The notes under the pieces: model-generated
Database searches by the model: none
The model's input: the letters and a program-made list of their open reading frames with translations, nothing else
What the model was told of the DNA's origin: nothing
Part shown: positions 52,145 through 64,000 of the stretch, piece after piece
Layout of the letters: each line of letters opens with the position of its first letter
Position numbering within the stretch: position 1 is the first letter of the stretch
Program-made: the position numbers and the translations under genes
Assembly: GCF_004010195.1 (NCBI RefSeq)
Contig: NC_057753.1
Coordinates: 13,009,446 to 13,073,445, forward strand
Length of the DNA stretch: 64,000 bases
DNA from: Chiloscyllium plagiosum
Lineage: Eukaryota
Reading direction: 5' to 3'

Positions 52145-53600
52145 TTAACTGTCAGAATGTATAGGGGTGGGTAACATTCTCTGATAACGAGAAGATGAAA
52201 GGATAACTTTACTGATGTCTGTCCGATAGTGAAATCTCTTAGCTTCTGAATGCAGAGATGGATGTTCCTCTTGGGGTATGCACTGGATTGTATGCGTCCA
52301 TTCAGGTTGACCTTTGGCCATGACGGCTGTATGCATCTCTACGAGGACGAGGTATGGGTTCCCTCCCCTCCCCCAGTCCCCCGTGAATGTAAACTTTGAA
52401 GAGTATTAGTTAACTTATGTAGATATTTCAATCTTGTCTAGCACTGTTGTGGCATTAGTCTCAGTCATTGGGATGGTTCTCATTCATTTATTAAATGCGT
52501 ATACCATTATTAGACAATATTCATCACCTTGTACTGGAGTGAATTCTGTAAAATCAAATTGCAGCAAACTGAAAGAGCTCACCAGCAATAGTGTGTTTCT
52601 GGAACCCTCTTTGCCCTTATGTGTACAATTATGCAGCTAAACGGTTAAAATATGCAGGAGGAAAGAACGAACATAAACTTGTTCCACATGGGTCACCCAT
52701 AGCTTCGTTTGAGTATTGAGGGAGCACACCATTTGCATCCTTTTTTATGCTTTTCAGTCGGGGACTCACCTGTGATTTCTGTACGTTACCAAGCTCTGGC
52801 ATACCCGTCCTTATATTGTCTCCAACCAGGTTTTCCTCGAACCCAAAGGGACCAGATGTTCGGTGTGTAAGGTTGCCTGCTTGGGGAGGGAACCCATACC
52901 TCGTCCTTGTAGTGACCCGTACAGCCGTCATGGCCAAAGTTCAACCTGAATGGACGCATGCAATCCAGTGCATACCTCAAGAGGAACATTAACCTCTGCA
53001 TTCAGAAGAAGGGCTTATGCCCGAAACGTCGGTTCTCCTGCTCCTCGGATGCTTCCTGGCCTACTGTGTTTTTCCAGCACCACATTTTTCAACTCTGGTA
53101 CTCCAGCATCTGCAGTCCTCATTTTCTCCTGCTTGGCACCAGCACCTACCCACTCACTCTCTACGAAGACTGTATCAGTTGCATCAGCGTGAACTGAATA
53201 TTTGATAACTGCCAGACTGGTTGGACAAGGCAGCGTTACTAAGAGGCTATAGCGTGGAGTTTAAATCCTCCATGTTCTCACACGGCTCCATAATAGTGGG
53301 CCACGTCAAAAGCACAACAGGAGTGTTTCTTTTTTTCAGATTTTCCTTTCCGGATAATGCAAGCATGCTGATCCTTGCATTAGTTAAAAGGCAGCAAGAA
53401 GGGCACTTTGCTCCTCAGTGGCCATATTTCCACTGTTAAAGTAAATGCCTGCCATTTGTCCCTGGGAGATCTTCACAGTGCCAAAGTTGTAGCACCAGTG
53501 TGTGTCTGTCTGCTTTCCAAAGTCCCTAACTGAAGTGTTGCTCAGTAGTGGTCGCTGGGCGGGGATTTTATGGTAGGTTCTACCGTAGTGGGTTGACTGG
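52145..53600 (-). mobile_element. Endogenous retrovirus pol remnant (RNase H and integrase), internally deleted and rearranged
   Basis: Minus strand has AFDVAHYYGAV*EHGGF and LAVIK (RNase H), LQFDFTEF..YCLIMV..NATTV (integrase core) and TAVMAKGQPEWTH (integrase C-terminus). Confidence 0.8.
52243..53008. repeat. 126-bp inverted duplication (52243-52368 / 52883-53008), abutting a Penelope terminal fragment at 53005-53130
   Basis: AVMAK.QPEWTH.IQCIPQEEH appears on both strands in the ORF track. Confidence 0.9.
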
Positions 53601-56059
53601 TTTTGAACAATATCATTGAACTTGACACATGGTGTTTAGGGATCGCGAGGTCACAAGATATATTTGGTTTTACCTGTAATTTGAGTCTCACTCTGGCCAT
53701 CCGAGCAAAAGATCACCGCTCGCCTCATTTGCGACCGGAAATTCTTAGGCGAATTCATATTGTTAGTCCTCAACATGTCACGACATCAGAAGGAATACAT
53801 GGCAAAAGCATAGCATTAAACAAAGGCTTCTCGATTGAAGACAGGATCGCCTGCAAATTTTCCATAACAGACAACAAACCCCTCCCAATAATCATTTTCT
53901 GACTCCCAAGGTTTGTAATTGCATTTCAGTACATCACAAACACTTGCAGGTTTTTGTAAAGCTTGTTCTAATGACTGGATTAAGTGATCTGCTTAGTCTT
54001 CATTGTCGGGGAATCTTTCCGTCAAGTCCTCGTAACGATGGACAAGCCCTAGGATTATACATCTACATTGTCCTGCAGACGCATTGAGCAAAGTGTGCTG
54101 GATTCTCCTTGCGGTCAGGGGATTAGTTCATTAACATTACTTTTCATTCCGAGACAGTCCCGGTTAAGGATGGCTCAGGCCGCTCACCCACATGATGTCG
54201 GCTACAAAGCCGATTACCTAAATTGTAGCCTTCAGCTTCTGAATGAGCGGAGACTCATAATCTTCGGGTGTGCTGATGACTATCAGGAGATTTTACGGGC
54301 TCAGCGGGTATTCTGGAATACAATTCCCATCCCACGTCCTTATCAGTGTCATTCCCATCCTTATGTTGTGTTGCTATGCCAGACGTAAGCTCAAGATTCC
54401 AAGAAGAACTTAGATTCTTTTACAGCGATTTTTCTTCAACTCTATCTTTTTTAAAAAACTTTCCAATATATTCTATTCTACTCCTATTGCTAATTGTATG
54501 CACAATATTCAATTTCTTTTAAAGTATGGTCCAGATGAACATGAATCAATCCAGCCATCTTCTGACTAATCATGAGACAATGTCACAGATCACTGACAAT
54601 GTGTGAAAGTATGAAAACCAATCGATTTTGCCAATTGATTCAGATTATCGACCCGCGGGCTAATACAAATGGATTAAAAAATATTGACTTATATAACCAT
54701 ACAGTTAACGGGAGATGAAACCTTAACAAGTGACACTGTTAATTAATAGGAAATAACAAATTTTAAATTCACAAAAAAAAGATTCAAATCTGCTGAGTGT
54801 TGCAGACATGAAATTGTGTCATATGGATCTCAATTTATTACATCACAAGTTTCCAACCCTGAAATGCAGTAAAATTAATTGGTTCTAGTCTCTCAATTTA
54901 AATCCGAGAATCTGTTCCTTAGGCGGTTCCAATCAATCATTGCACATTTATAATGTTATAGGAAGTGAAATGACTGCAGCTACATTAAGAAGGTCTTCTC
55001 TGCCCACATGGTACAAAATATTTCTTATGCACAATCGATGAATTAATCCAAAGACACACATATTAACAATAGTATCTTAACTTTTTTACATGATTGTTTC
55101 ACAAACTAACGTTGAACTGAAACTTCAATTCACAGTAATGAAGTGAAACTGATATAGAATAGAGCAATGACTGGCACTCCGTACTCATAAATGAGGTGCA
55201 ACAGTCTCATAATTATGTGGAACCAAACAAGTCTGCAATAGAAATGGATTCTGCTGGTATCATTTTCTGAAGACAACATCGTTGGTTTGGTTATATTTAG
55301 ATCCATTTTTATACTTGCAGTTTTACAATTTATAATTAAATTATATAAAGTTCACTGTAATTCCTCCACTTAATGTGCAAATGTGAAAGTATAAGGTGAT
55401 TTTCCTCAATGTTAGGTTTAGGTTATTTTTAAGAAATGAGAAGGTGCTTTTTTCATCCCGAAACAGAATCATTCTGAACCTGAGGCCAGGGGTTACAGTG
55501 TAAGTGCTTTTACGTCCTTTAGTCAGTCATTTGAATAGTCTACCACCTGGAAATTAAAAGAGTGAAATTTATCTTTGGAAGTAGCACAAAATTATGGGGG
55601 AGTTGGAAGCAGATGTATACTAGTGTCAAATGATGAAAAAATCTCAGGAAAAGACGTTATTTGGAAGACTCTAATGTCGTCCTCCATATTACACTGATCA
55701 GAATTTCATGAAATCAGAAAAATTTGACTTTTTAGAAATTGACAGTAGTGCTGTCAAGGTCTATGAGACCAGCATTCCACGATGTGAGCTCCAGGGAACA
55801 AAACTCAAACATTCAATTGCCAACAAACAAATGTGCATTCAAACAAGACTCAAAGAGTTAACCAGTCCACAAGCTTCAGTGACTCAGCGCTGAGACGATC
55901 TCCCTCTCTCTGTCTCTCGAAACTTACTGTTTTATTTTAGCTTTCTGTTGATTCCGTTACTGTAAGAGTAATGAAATATTCACATTCCAGAGCAGTCGAA
56001 ATTAGGGAGTTTCAATTCGAGCAATATTCTCAAGCTAAGTTGCCCGTGCCTCTGCATTA

Positions 56060-57600
56060 GTCCATAACCAAGGGGGGAAATATAATGGAGACGTTAACGG
56101 TCGCCCAATGTATTACTAGGCTAAATTCATTAAAGACTGGACATCTGAGGCAAGCAACTAATAATTCTGCAGATTTGCAGTTTCCAATTTAAAAAATGTT
56201 GGTCACTTGAGTGGATCAAGGTGTCTTGAAGCATGGCGTGGAACCCAGAGTGTGTCCAATGCTTGTCACGTGGCGTTTCACCGAACATAATCCTGGGGAA
56301 AGCAAGTTCTTTATTACCAATCTCTCTAAATAGTGAGATGATTTTACCAAAACCCTTGTCTGGACGCTAGGATCCTGTTGAGTACCTGAACTAGTAATTT
56401 GTGGACAAGTGTAGCGAGGTCTAATAATGTTTCTGACAGCGTTTTTTTTCCTGGTCAGCTTTCCTGCTCGTTTGGGAAGTGACAACAGTCGTGATCTCGT
56501 CTGGGAAGCTACTTGGGGCAAGTACTTGGGATACTTAGCGAAATACGAACTGTAGGAGGGTTCTTGAAAGAGGTCGCAGGGCGCTGACCATGATTGTAAC
56601 TGTCGGGGGCAGATCGCTCTTAGCCCCTTTCTTAAAATCAATAATGGAATCTCCCACCGTAATTATTGCATTTTGTATGCTTCCCGTTGGGTTTCAGCGT
56701 CCCCTCCGAGGGAACAACAGGACCCGGTACAGCCTGCACAGCAGGACAAAATTTCCTTGTCCCTGGGGCTGGCACTTCGGTGTAACTTGTAAAATGATTC
56801 TAACCCGTCGTCACGTCTCAGGTCCCGTACTCAGAACAGTCACCTCCAGGCAAATGAATAAGACACAAACAAACACAAAGAACAAAACAAACCAACAAGA
56901 CAAACATTGGCGCCAGAATCAATTCCTTCCCAAGCCCAGCAGTCAGCGAAGTTTGCAATTCTGGACATTTACATCTGTCCATCTTCTGTCTTGACTCAGT
57001 GAATCAGCTTGTAGAATCAGGTCTAGATTAAACACTTTAGTGAATGTACTAATTTGAAGCGATATTTCCATTCTTACTTCTCGCCTCAGGGGAACAGTCT
57101 GCCTGCTCAGGTCACCAATTGTAATAATTTAGATGAGCCCAACTCAACACTGACATTTGCTCATGCACCATTTCAAATTATTGAAGACACTAATTGAAGT
57201 TCGCTCAGGACCCCGTAATGAAAGGGAACTTCTGACTCCGCCAATTGTTGAAGAAAGTCTCGAGAGGCAGATCTTGAGCATTAAACGTTTTGTTTCACTG
57301 TGCATCATGAGAAGGCCACCGTCCTAAGTATGGCTCGGCAGAACTCCGAAGTACAGTACAAGGTTACAGGATTACATAAAGAACAAGGCACGGGCCGAGA
57401 CACAGGCTGACTGTTAATTGCAAAGTATCAGGATGGTCCGAGAGCTATCCAATCAGGGGTCAGCTCTCGAGCTCAGCTCTAATTTATGCTTCACATTCCA
57501 AAGTGAACCGGAGTGAAAGTTATCACTAACATTTGCTGCAGGGATGCCTGTAAATGTAGAACAAATGTCCTTAATTAGATAAACAGCATTACACTGGCAA
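56060..57600. mobile_element. LTR-retroelement remnants (PPT/LTR/PBS-like pieces)
   Basis: Purine tract AAGGGGGGAAA near 56070. PBS-like TGGTGACC (about 57117) and TGGCGGAGTC (about 57243) follow CA on the minus strand. Confidence 0.4.
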
Positions 57601-57901
57601 AATATCGTAAACTAATTGACAGGGCTAAGCTCGCTTGAGCAGTTAAGCTGCATGGTCTAGCCATACATCATAGAGGGGAAGCAGTGAGCAATCAAACTGT
57701 GGTGCCTTGAACAGATAAGCTGCATTTATGCGATGCTGCTGTGAGACAGCTACAGCTAACATGCCAAGTAAATTGTTCTGCTGGAGTGAGAGGCACTTAA
57801 GCAAAATGGTTCCTTCACCTGGAGGGAAGCCATAGTAAAGGAAACGGCTTCTACAGGTTCACTCAATCAGTGATTTCCATTCCTCTAACCTGGTGTGTCA
57901 G

Positions 57902-58230
57902 ATTTCAGCAATGGAGTTTCTGTTATACAGCGGGTGTCCTCACTCGCACAGACAGAGGGAGAAAATGCCACTTTAAGCTGCAACCACACTGGCTATGGTT
58001 ATTACTTACTTTGGTACCGTCAGAACTCAGGCAGACTGCCAGAGTTCACTGTCCATTCGTGCTGAAGTGAAGGTGGATTTCGCTCAGATCTGGTTTTCTG
58101 ATGCTGTCCAACAGTTTGACTAGTCGAACTAATTAACTGTCTCTGAGCTTCTGGCGTCTGACACTACAGTTAATTACTGAGCAATGCGTCTTACAGTGAA
58201 GGGTCTGAGCAAGAGCCACGTGAAATAACT
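57902..58230 (+). pseudogene. TCR alpha V segment pseudogene with 23-RSS
   Basis: Acceptor at 57901. Reads FSNGVSVIQ..TEGENATLSCNHTGYGYYLLWYRQNSGRLPEF / DFAQIWFS..LTVSELLASDTTVNY*AMR. RSS: TACAGTG (58192-58198), 23 nt, GAAATAACT (58222-58230). Confidence 0.9.
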
Positions 58231-58727
58231 GCTGCAGGTTTCCGGGTCACAGCTGCTGCCTGTTGAGAGCTGTTCATAAGAACGTGTCAGATACTGGCAC
58301 TTCAGAACATTGATATGAAGGAAAAATTCCGGAGGACAATCACATAAACAGCATGTAACATGCTGCACAACAAATCCCGATTCAAGTGTCTGTACTGGCC
58401 GTGTGAATACCGAATTTGTTGTTGGTTATTTGGGACTCTGTGGGAATGAACCACTTCTGTTCATTGAGTAAATAAAATCTGCAACTGATATGGCACTAAT
58501 CCTGACCATATACACTGTGTTGACAATAAATACATCAAATACTTTTCGATTTGAATTCCGGGAGTACAGTACAGAGGGCAATGTAAGAAATCCCTAATAA
58601 TTACATTACCCTGATTGATCACTTCCCTACGTTAAACATTAACACTTTAAAAACTAAGAAGCTATAATACAACAAGGTAAATAGGGGGTGGGGGGTATAT
58701 TCGGGATATTATAAGAATATAATGAAC

Positions 58728-59390
58728 TGTGATGTCAATGATGTTAACCGTGATGTTAACCGTGATGTTCGGCCCGGCCAAATCCCTCAAAACATTTCAA
58801 GGGAGCCCAGATTCTAACTTTTCTAGTTATTTTGAGCAGATATACAATGGATATTCCAGGAGTGACGCAGCTGATCAAAACCCCTCGGTTTTAAACAGAA
58901 CAGAACTTATTTATGAAACACAAACAAAAGAGAACCGAATGATTTCAACTCTCCAAAATCTCAGCAGACAATGCCAACTTAATCATCCTGTTACAAATAC
59001 AGTCGCCACAAACACCCTCTTGGCAAAACAGTAAATAATACATCGATTCTTACAACAGAGGGAGAAGGCACAGATATTTATCATGAAACTTTGATCCATT
59101 GTTGCTGTTTCTTTGGATTCCCCGGCTTAAACTGACCAGCAACTCTGAATAGCCAGACTGCTGAAACCAGTAAAGCCGAGGTGAGAGAACGGGCTACATC
59201 ATTTTCATTGTACAAATGCTTGTTTTAAAAAACTTGAAAGTCTTTTGTCTCGGTCAGTATTTGTTAGATATAATCAAATTGGCCCTAAATCCCATACAAA
59301 CCAAACATACCAGAATCTAAGCGTTTTTTAAACCCTGTTAAAAAAAAACCATTGACAGCCTAACCTTGAGAAAGGAGCAGCATCGTCACA
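58728..59390. mobile_element. Probable LTR (solo or remnant)
   Basis: TGTGA...TCACA inverted ends with an LTR-like size. There is no clear TSD. Confidence 0.4.
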
Positions 59391-59599
59391 AATGGTAATA
59401 ATCCGCACAGACAGTCCCAATCTGCCCTGGAGGCTGGGTGACAGACGGGGGAAGGCTGAGGTGGAGGTGGGCAGCCCACAAGATACAGGTATCCCTCTTT
59501 CTCTTGGCAACGAAGACTCGCTTATGCTAATCTCTTCTACTAACATTACGGGCACTGAAACAAGCCCCAACCCCATATTGAGTGCTGAGATTGCAGACC

Positions 59600-60233
59600 A
59601 TGGACCATATGTTCAGTGCAATGATGCTGCGTATAAGTCAATGCCTACCTCTATGTTATATGTGGAAGATACACCAGTTACCTGTTTGGTAGCTATAGGA
59701 GCATCCCTGAAATGTTTAGTAGTGACAATGGAACACCAATTGAAAATAATGCCTTACAGCAGATCAGTGAATATTTAGGAACAAGCATGAGACGACACTG
59801 TGCCTACCACCCAGCGAGCGGTGGGGCAGTGGAAAGAGAAAATGCTATCTTAAAAAATAAATTGACAAAATATTGTGAGGAACTATAGGTGACATAGACA
59901 AAGGAACTTCCGATTGTGCTTATGTATATGAGATCCAGGAGGAGAGGAAGAGCTAATCTTAGCCCGTTTGAGATTTTGTTTGATAGGCCGCCCAATACAG
60001 GAATTGACCCAAGACATACGGTAAGACAGATAGCAAGCCACTTTGAGGAATGGACGTTGTGTTACTGTATGAAACTCGCTACACTTTTGTCTGAAATGCA
60101 GAATCAAGTGAAAGCAGCACTACCCCAACCAGCAAAAGGGAAGCTGCACGATCTAGAAAATGGAGACTGTATGGTAGTGAAAGACTTCAGGAGGAATAAC
60201 TGGAAAGCGAAGAGGTGGCTGGGACCGTTTTAA
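59600..60233 (+). mobile_element. Endogenous retrovirus fragment: protease remnant joined to integrase C-terminal half
   Basis: VEDTPVTCLVAIGA (LVDTGA-like) is followed by CAYHPASGGAVERENAILK..LSPFEILFDRP..RWLGPF. Confidence 0.85.
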
Positions 60234-61189
60234 ATGATGAAGTCTGCAGTCGAGGGACAGCTTGTCTCTGCAGAACTTTGTAAACATTCAAACTGGCCTT
60301 GTCAGCAGTCGAATTCAGATTTGAGCGAAGGAAAACATAAGAACAGTATGTCCACAACAAAGGAATGAAAAAAATAACAAGTTGAGTTTTCCCAGTCTTT
60401 GTCCTTGAAACCATAATAAGAATGTTATAAGAAGAGTTTTTGAATTATGCTCAAGTGCCCTTACACAAGGCATTTTTGCAAAGTATTTTGGTCCCTCTGC
60501 ATGCAGAGGTTAAAAATACTAAAGTTTTTTTTGCTCTTGCTAATAATTGAGTCGTGTCAATTTAATTTCCACGACAGGAATCATTTTCCTTTCTTCGTCC
60601 ACATTAGTGGAAAGCCGATCTCAGAAGTCTGGAGACTCATCAACATGTTCTTTTAGGAATCTCCTCAGCAAATATTTCGGATCTTGTCCGGAATATTGAA
60701 CGTACCTGAAGACAGTGGGTACGCTATATTTTGCCGTGTAAGTGGAATTTAATGTTACAGTATTTCCTTATTGAATGAATATGTTGCAAACTTCAATCTT
60801 TCCCATTCGCTCCTATATGAAATATGTAGGATGCACCAAAAGAATACGAATAAATGTGATGAGTGAAACGTAAAGTGAAGATAGATTTTTGTTCTGACTC
60901 ACTGAATTGCATAACAATTATTGTTGGTAACGAAGCCAACACCGTATTGGTTTGATTGCATACGGCACACTTCTACAATATTTTTACGCTTCAGGCATTT
61001 TACCAGCGACTCAACCCAGAATAGAGACAGTTTTCGCTTCCTCAGAGATTAAGAGGAATTTCTTCGTTTGGTGACTGACTGATATCACCGATTTGACGTC
61101 ATCTGCGGACCAATTACTATTACTTGAGGACTCTCTCCAATCTATATGGTTTTCTTCTGGTTCGTCTTATTTTGTGCTGTCTCCCATTT

Positions 61190-61760
61190 CGAAGTGGGGA
61201 TAGGTGAAGACAGGTAGAGATACGACCTGGTAAGTGGGGGAAATGAATTTGGTTGGTGTCAGGCAGCAGTGGAAGGGTTAGGGAGGGGCTGGAAAGGGAG
61301 TCGGGTGTACGAGAGGCAAGTTATTTGCAATTGGATAAGTCAATTTGAGTCTTCTGGACTCTAAACTGCATGGCAGAAGATGACGTGTTGTTCCTCTAAT
61401 TTGTGCTGTGGTGTGTTTTGGTTTTGGAGGATGCCAAGGATGGTCATGTCATGTCAGAAAGAGACTGGTTAGGGGAATTGTAATGGGCGGTGACTGGGAG
61501 ATTCAGCCAGTGCCTGTGGACCCAGCTGCAATGCTTGTTGAACTATTACCTAAAACTTTATGTTCGGTTTCCCCGATATAGATAAGACCGCACTGGAACC
61601 ACCTGATGCAGTTAACTAGATTGGAAGAGAGGCATGTGAACCCCTGTGTCATCTGGAAAGACTGTTTTGGATCCTGGGTGAAGGTGAGATGGGGGGGTGT
61701 GCTGTTAGGCTTTACAGCTTTTACATTTAAAGGGTAAGGTACGTGGGTGTTCGGGGTTTG
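61190..61760 (-). mobile_element. Penelope-like GIY-YIG fragment
   Basis: FTCLSSNLVNCIRW..CGLIYIGET in ORF 61503-62024. Confidence 0.8.
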
Positions 61761-61964
61761 GTGGGGAGAGTGGCACAAGCCAAGATTGTCCCAGACTTTA
61801 AGTTCACCCTGTTCTAAGCAAGCGAGGATGGAAGAAACCCCACGAACCACGACTGTCTCGCATGGGACATTGAGATCATGAGAGCCACCAAAAGAGGTCG
61901 TACTCTTCTTTGACCTTTTCAAAAATGTCCTTAACACCATCTGTCTCTGACTGATCTCTACCGT

Positions 61965-62200
61965 TTTCTGTCTCCCTATTTCCCTCTCTCTTGATTCTTC
62001 TTTCTCTCTTGCCACTATTTCCATTACTCTGTCTTCGTTCTCTCACAGTCTCTCATTGTCTCTGTTTCTTGTGTTTTCTGTCCCCATCTCTCCATCTCTT
62101 TGTCTGTCTCTTTGTCTCTCTCTGTCTGTCTCTTTGTCTCTCTCTGTCCCTCTTGTGCTCTTGCTCTCTCTCTCTCTCTGTTTCACTCTCTTGCTCTCTT
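61965..62200. repeat. (CT/CTGT)n low-complexity tract
   Basis: Directly visible. Confidence 0.9.
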
Positions 62201-63509
62201 CAATATATGATATCACTGAAAAGGGTAGGTTAAATAAGACCTGCACATGAGTTTCAATCATTTTGATATTAATTTCAGTTTACTTTGAATTGTGATAATT
62301 GATGGTTTCATAAGCTTAACTCAAAGATGGTCAGGGGGCCATCTTAAGCCTGCCTTTCTTTCTTCTAATCATTTTGGGCCATGAAACATCCTATGTATTA
62401 AAATAAGACATGGTAAGTTTCAAACTGGTCATTAACTTATCACTATTTTAACACCATGAGATCACACGTGCATTGGGGAACAATCCCAGCACATGGCCCA
62501 GAGGCTGCTGGCTTAGGATTACTGCTTAATCAACAGCTGGCCTCAACAGAAAAATGGCGATGTTCTCTCGATCATCTGTTTCTCATTGTGCCTGTTTTCC
62601 CTCTTTACCTATTTACCATCTGTCACCTTTTCCCTCTTGTTTTTAATCTCTCCACTCTGTTTTGTTTTATTTTACCCTCAGCCCTTTTTTATCCTCTTCC
62701 CTTTTCGTGCCTTATCAATTTTCCCCCCTGCCTTAATTTGCAGCCCACTCAATTGTACTTCCCCCGCCAATTTGTGCCCCCAAAATTCTGTAGCTTCCTG
62801 TAATATCGATTAAAAAATTTTGGGCATCATGAAAGACACGAAATAAATAATTTGTTTTTATTCACTAAATTGAGGGTATTAGTCTCTTTCAATAAAACAA
62901 TTATGTATGTATTCAAATGAAAGGTATCGGATATTAGCGCGAATTCGAGGAACCATTGCCTTAAACTTGCTGTTTAACTGACGTACTTTTGCATTCAGTG
63001 TCGTTATGGAAGTTTTTGTTCATGGTAAGCCCATTTCTGAAGAACTCATTTATGAGAAAATATCAAAGGGTAAGTTTTCAGGAATATTGTTTATGATGAT
63101 TATGTTACATAACTATTACAGAAAAATGAATAACGTTGAAGAAATGGCCAACATATTTCCTTAATTTTCATCCATTAGCGAGTTAACTTGTTCGTTTACC
63201 TCTGTGCATCACATTCAGTAGTTTGCACTTTCTTGCATTTCTCCTTCAATAGTTTTTTTCACCATTCTGTCCCCCTGCAAGCATTATTACTGTACTTCCT
63301 TCTTCGATATTGCGAGCTTGCAAATATATTATTCCTTCATCTCCGGCAGCACATCCAAATGTCTTCACTTCTGACCATTTTTAATTTTTGCTGTTCCATA
63401 TTTTCTATTGTTTCTTGCCCTCATGCCTTCCACACTCGGATTTTAGGAGTCCTGAATTAGTAGCACTGATACTTCAAAATCAGCATAGTGCAGCTCCCAT
63501 TCTACGCAG

Positions 63510-63826
63510 CGTTTTTGAGGATTCACTATCTGTTTGTGAACTATGCCCGCTTGGTGGAGAGGGAGGTAGCAGTATCACAACTCTTGCAATTCTCACAGTC
63601 CTGGTGTGGATTTTGTAGTCTCCTGTGATTGAAGCGGTGGTAATGTTGTCTTGATCGGCTTTTCTTGTGACCGTCACCAGATGCTGAACTGTCTGATTCG
63701 GGAGCTGTCTGTACCAATGTATGGTCGTACATGTGATACTAATGGAACAGGTCATGGACACAATTCTGACTTTACTTGCAACAATCCGCAAAGGAAGTTG
63801 TTTTACTTCATATTCTCCAGACAGCT
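63510..63826 (-). pseudogene. TCR delta/gamma-like V segment pseudogene
   Basis: Acceptor ctccacag precedes 63826. Reads EVKQLP..VSMTCSISITCTTIHWYRQLPNQTVQHL, then frameshifts to DTATSLS, so YYC is lost. RSS: CATAGTT (63545-63539), 20 nt, TCAAAAACG (63518-63510). Confidence 0.82.
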
Positions 63827-64000
63827 CTGTGGAGAACAGAGTGGTAAAAAGCAAGAGGGTTCCACAAATTTGGAACATAATCCAATACAATAAAGGTCGG
63901 TGAAAGCAGTTGTTCACTGACCGTCTGTCAAAAGCTGTGCAACTCTAAATAATAATTTTATTTATAAGAGGAATTAGGTTGAATAACTCGATCTTCATGT

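Noticed and set aside
53600-54400. Possible retroviral env fragment
   Set aside because: No furin site, immunosuppressive domain or CX6CC motif could be identified by eye.
60240-60500. LLWFQ..GK and ASLNV V-like words on minus strand
   Set aside because: There is no Cys or RSS, so it cannot be distinguished from chance.
63480-63917. 145-aa ORF as an intact intronless leader+V gene
   Set aside because: The apparent signal peptide is the intron polypyrimidine tract, and a frameshift removes the YYC motif.
1-64000. Most short ORFs in the track; prokaryotic systems such as CRISPR arrays or operons
   Set aside because: The ORFs are repeat-derived, antisense or microsatellite noise. The DNA is vertebrate and has no regularly spaced repeat-spacer array.

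Overview
Eukaryotic, repeat-rich vertebrate DNA, almost certainly from a cartilaginous fish (shark). The basis is a HE1/V-SINE-type SINE, many CR1 LINE and Penelope-like fragments, and a two-exon GPR139/142-like GPCR. The only intact protein-coding gene I can support is that GPCR (minus strand, exons 39190-39121 and 35957-35047, 326 aa); an orphan copy of its first exon lies at about 2.1 kb. Between the repeats, and almost invisible in the ORF track, is an array of at least 9 T-cell-receptor alpha/delta-type V gene segments, plus several weaker candidates. Most show the leader / short intron / V exon / 23-type RSS layout. They lie in both orientations and every one is disabled by stops or frameshifts. 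I found no D, J or C segment. Other elements include a Gypsy LTR element with a Gmr1-like layout, ERV pol fragments and Penelope-type minimal hammerhead ribozyme motifs. The most unusual pattern is three independent cases in which 126-245 bp of neighbouring DNA is duplicated in inverted orientation and fused directly to Penelope sequence. All translations and alignments were done by eye, and repeat boundaries are approximate.
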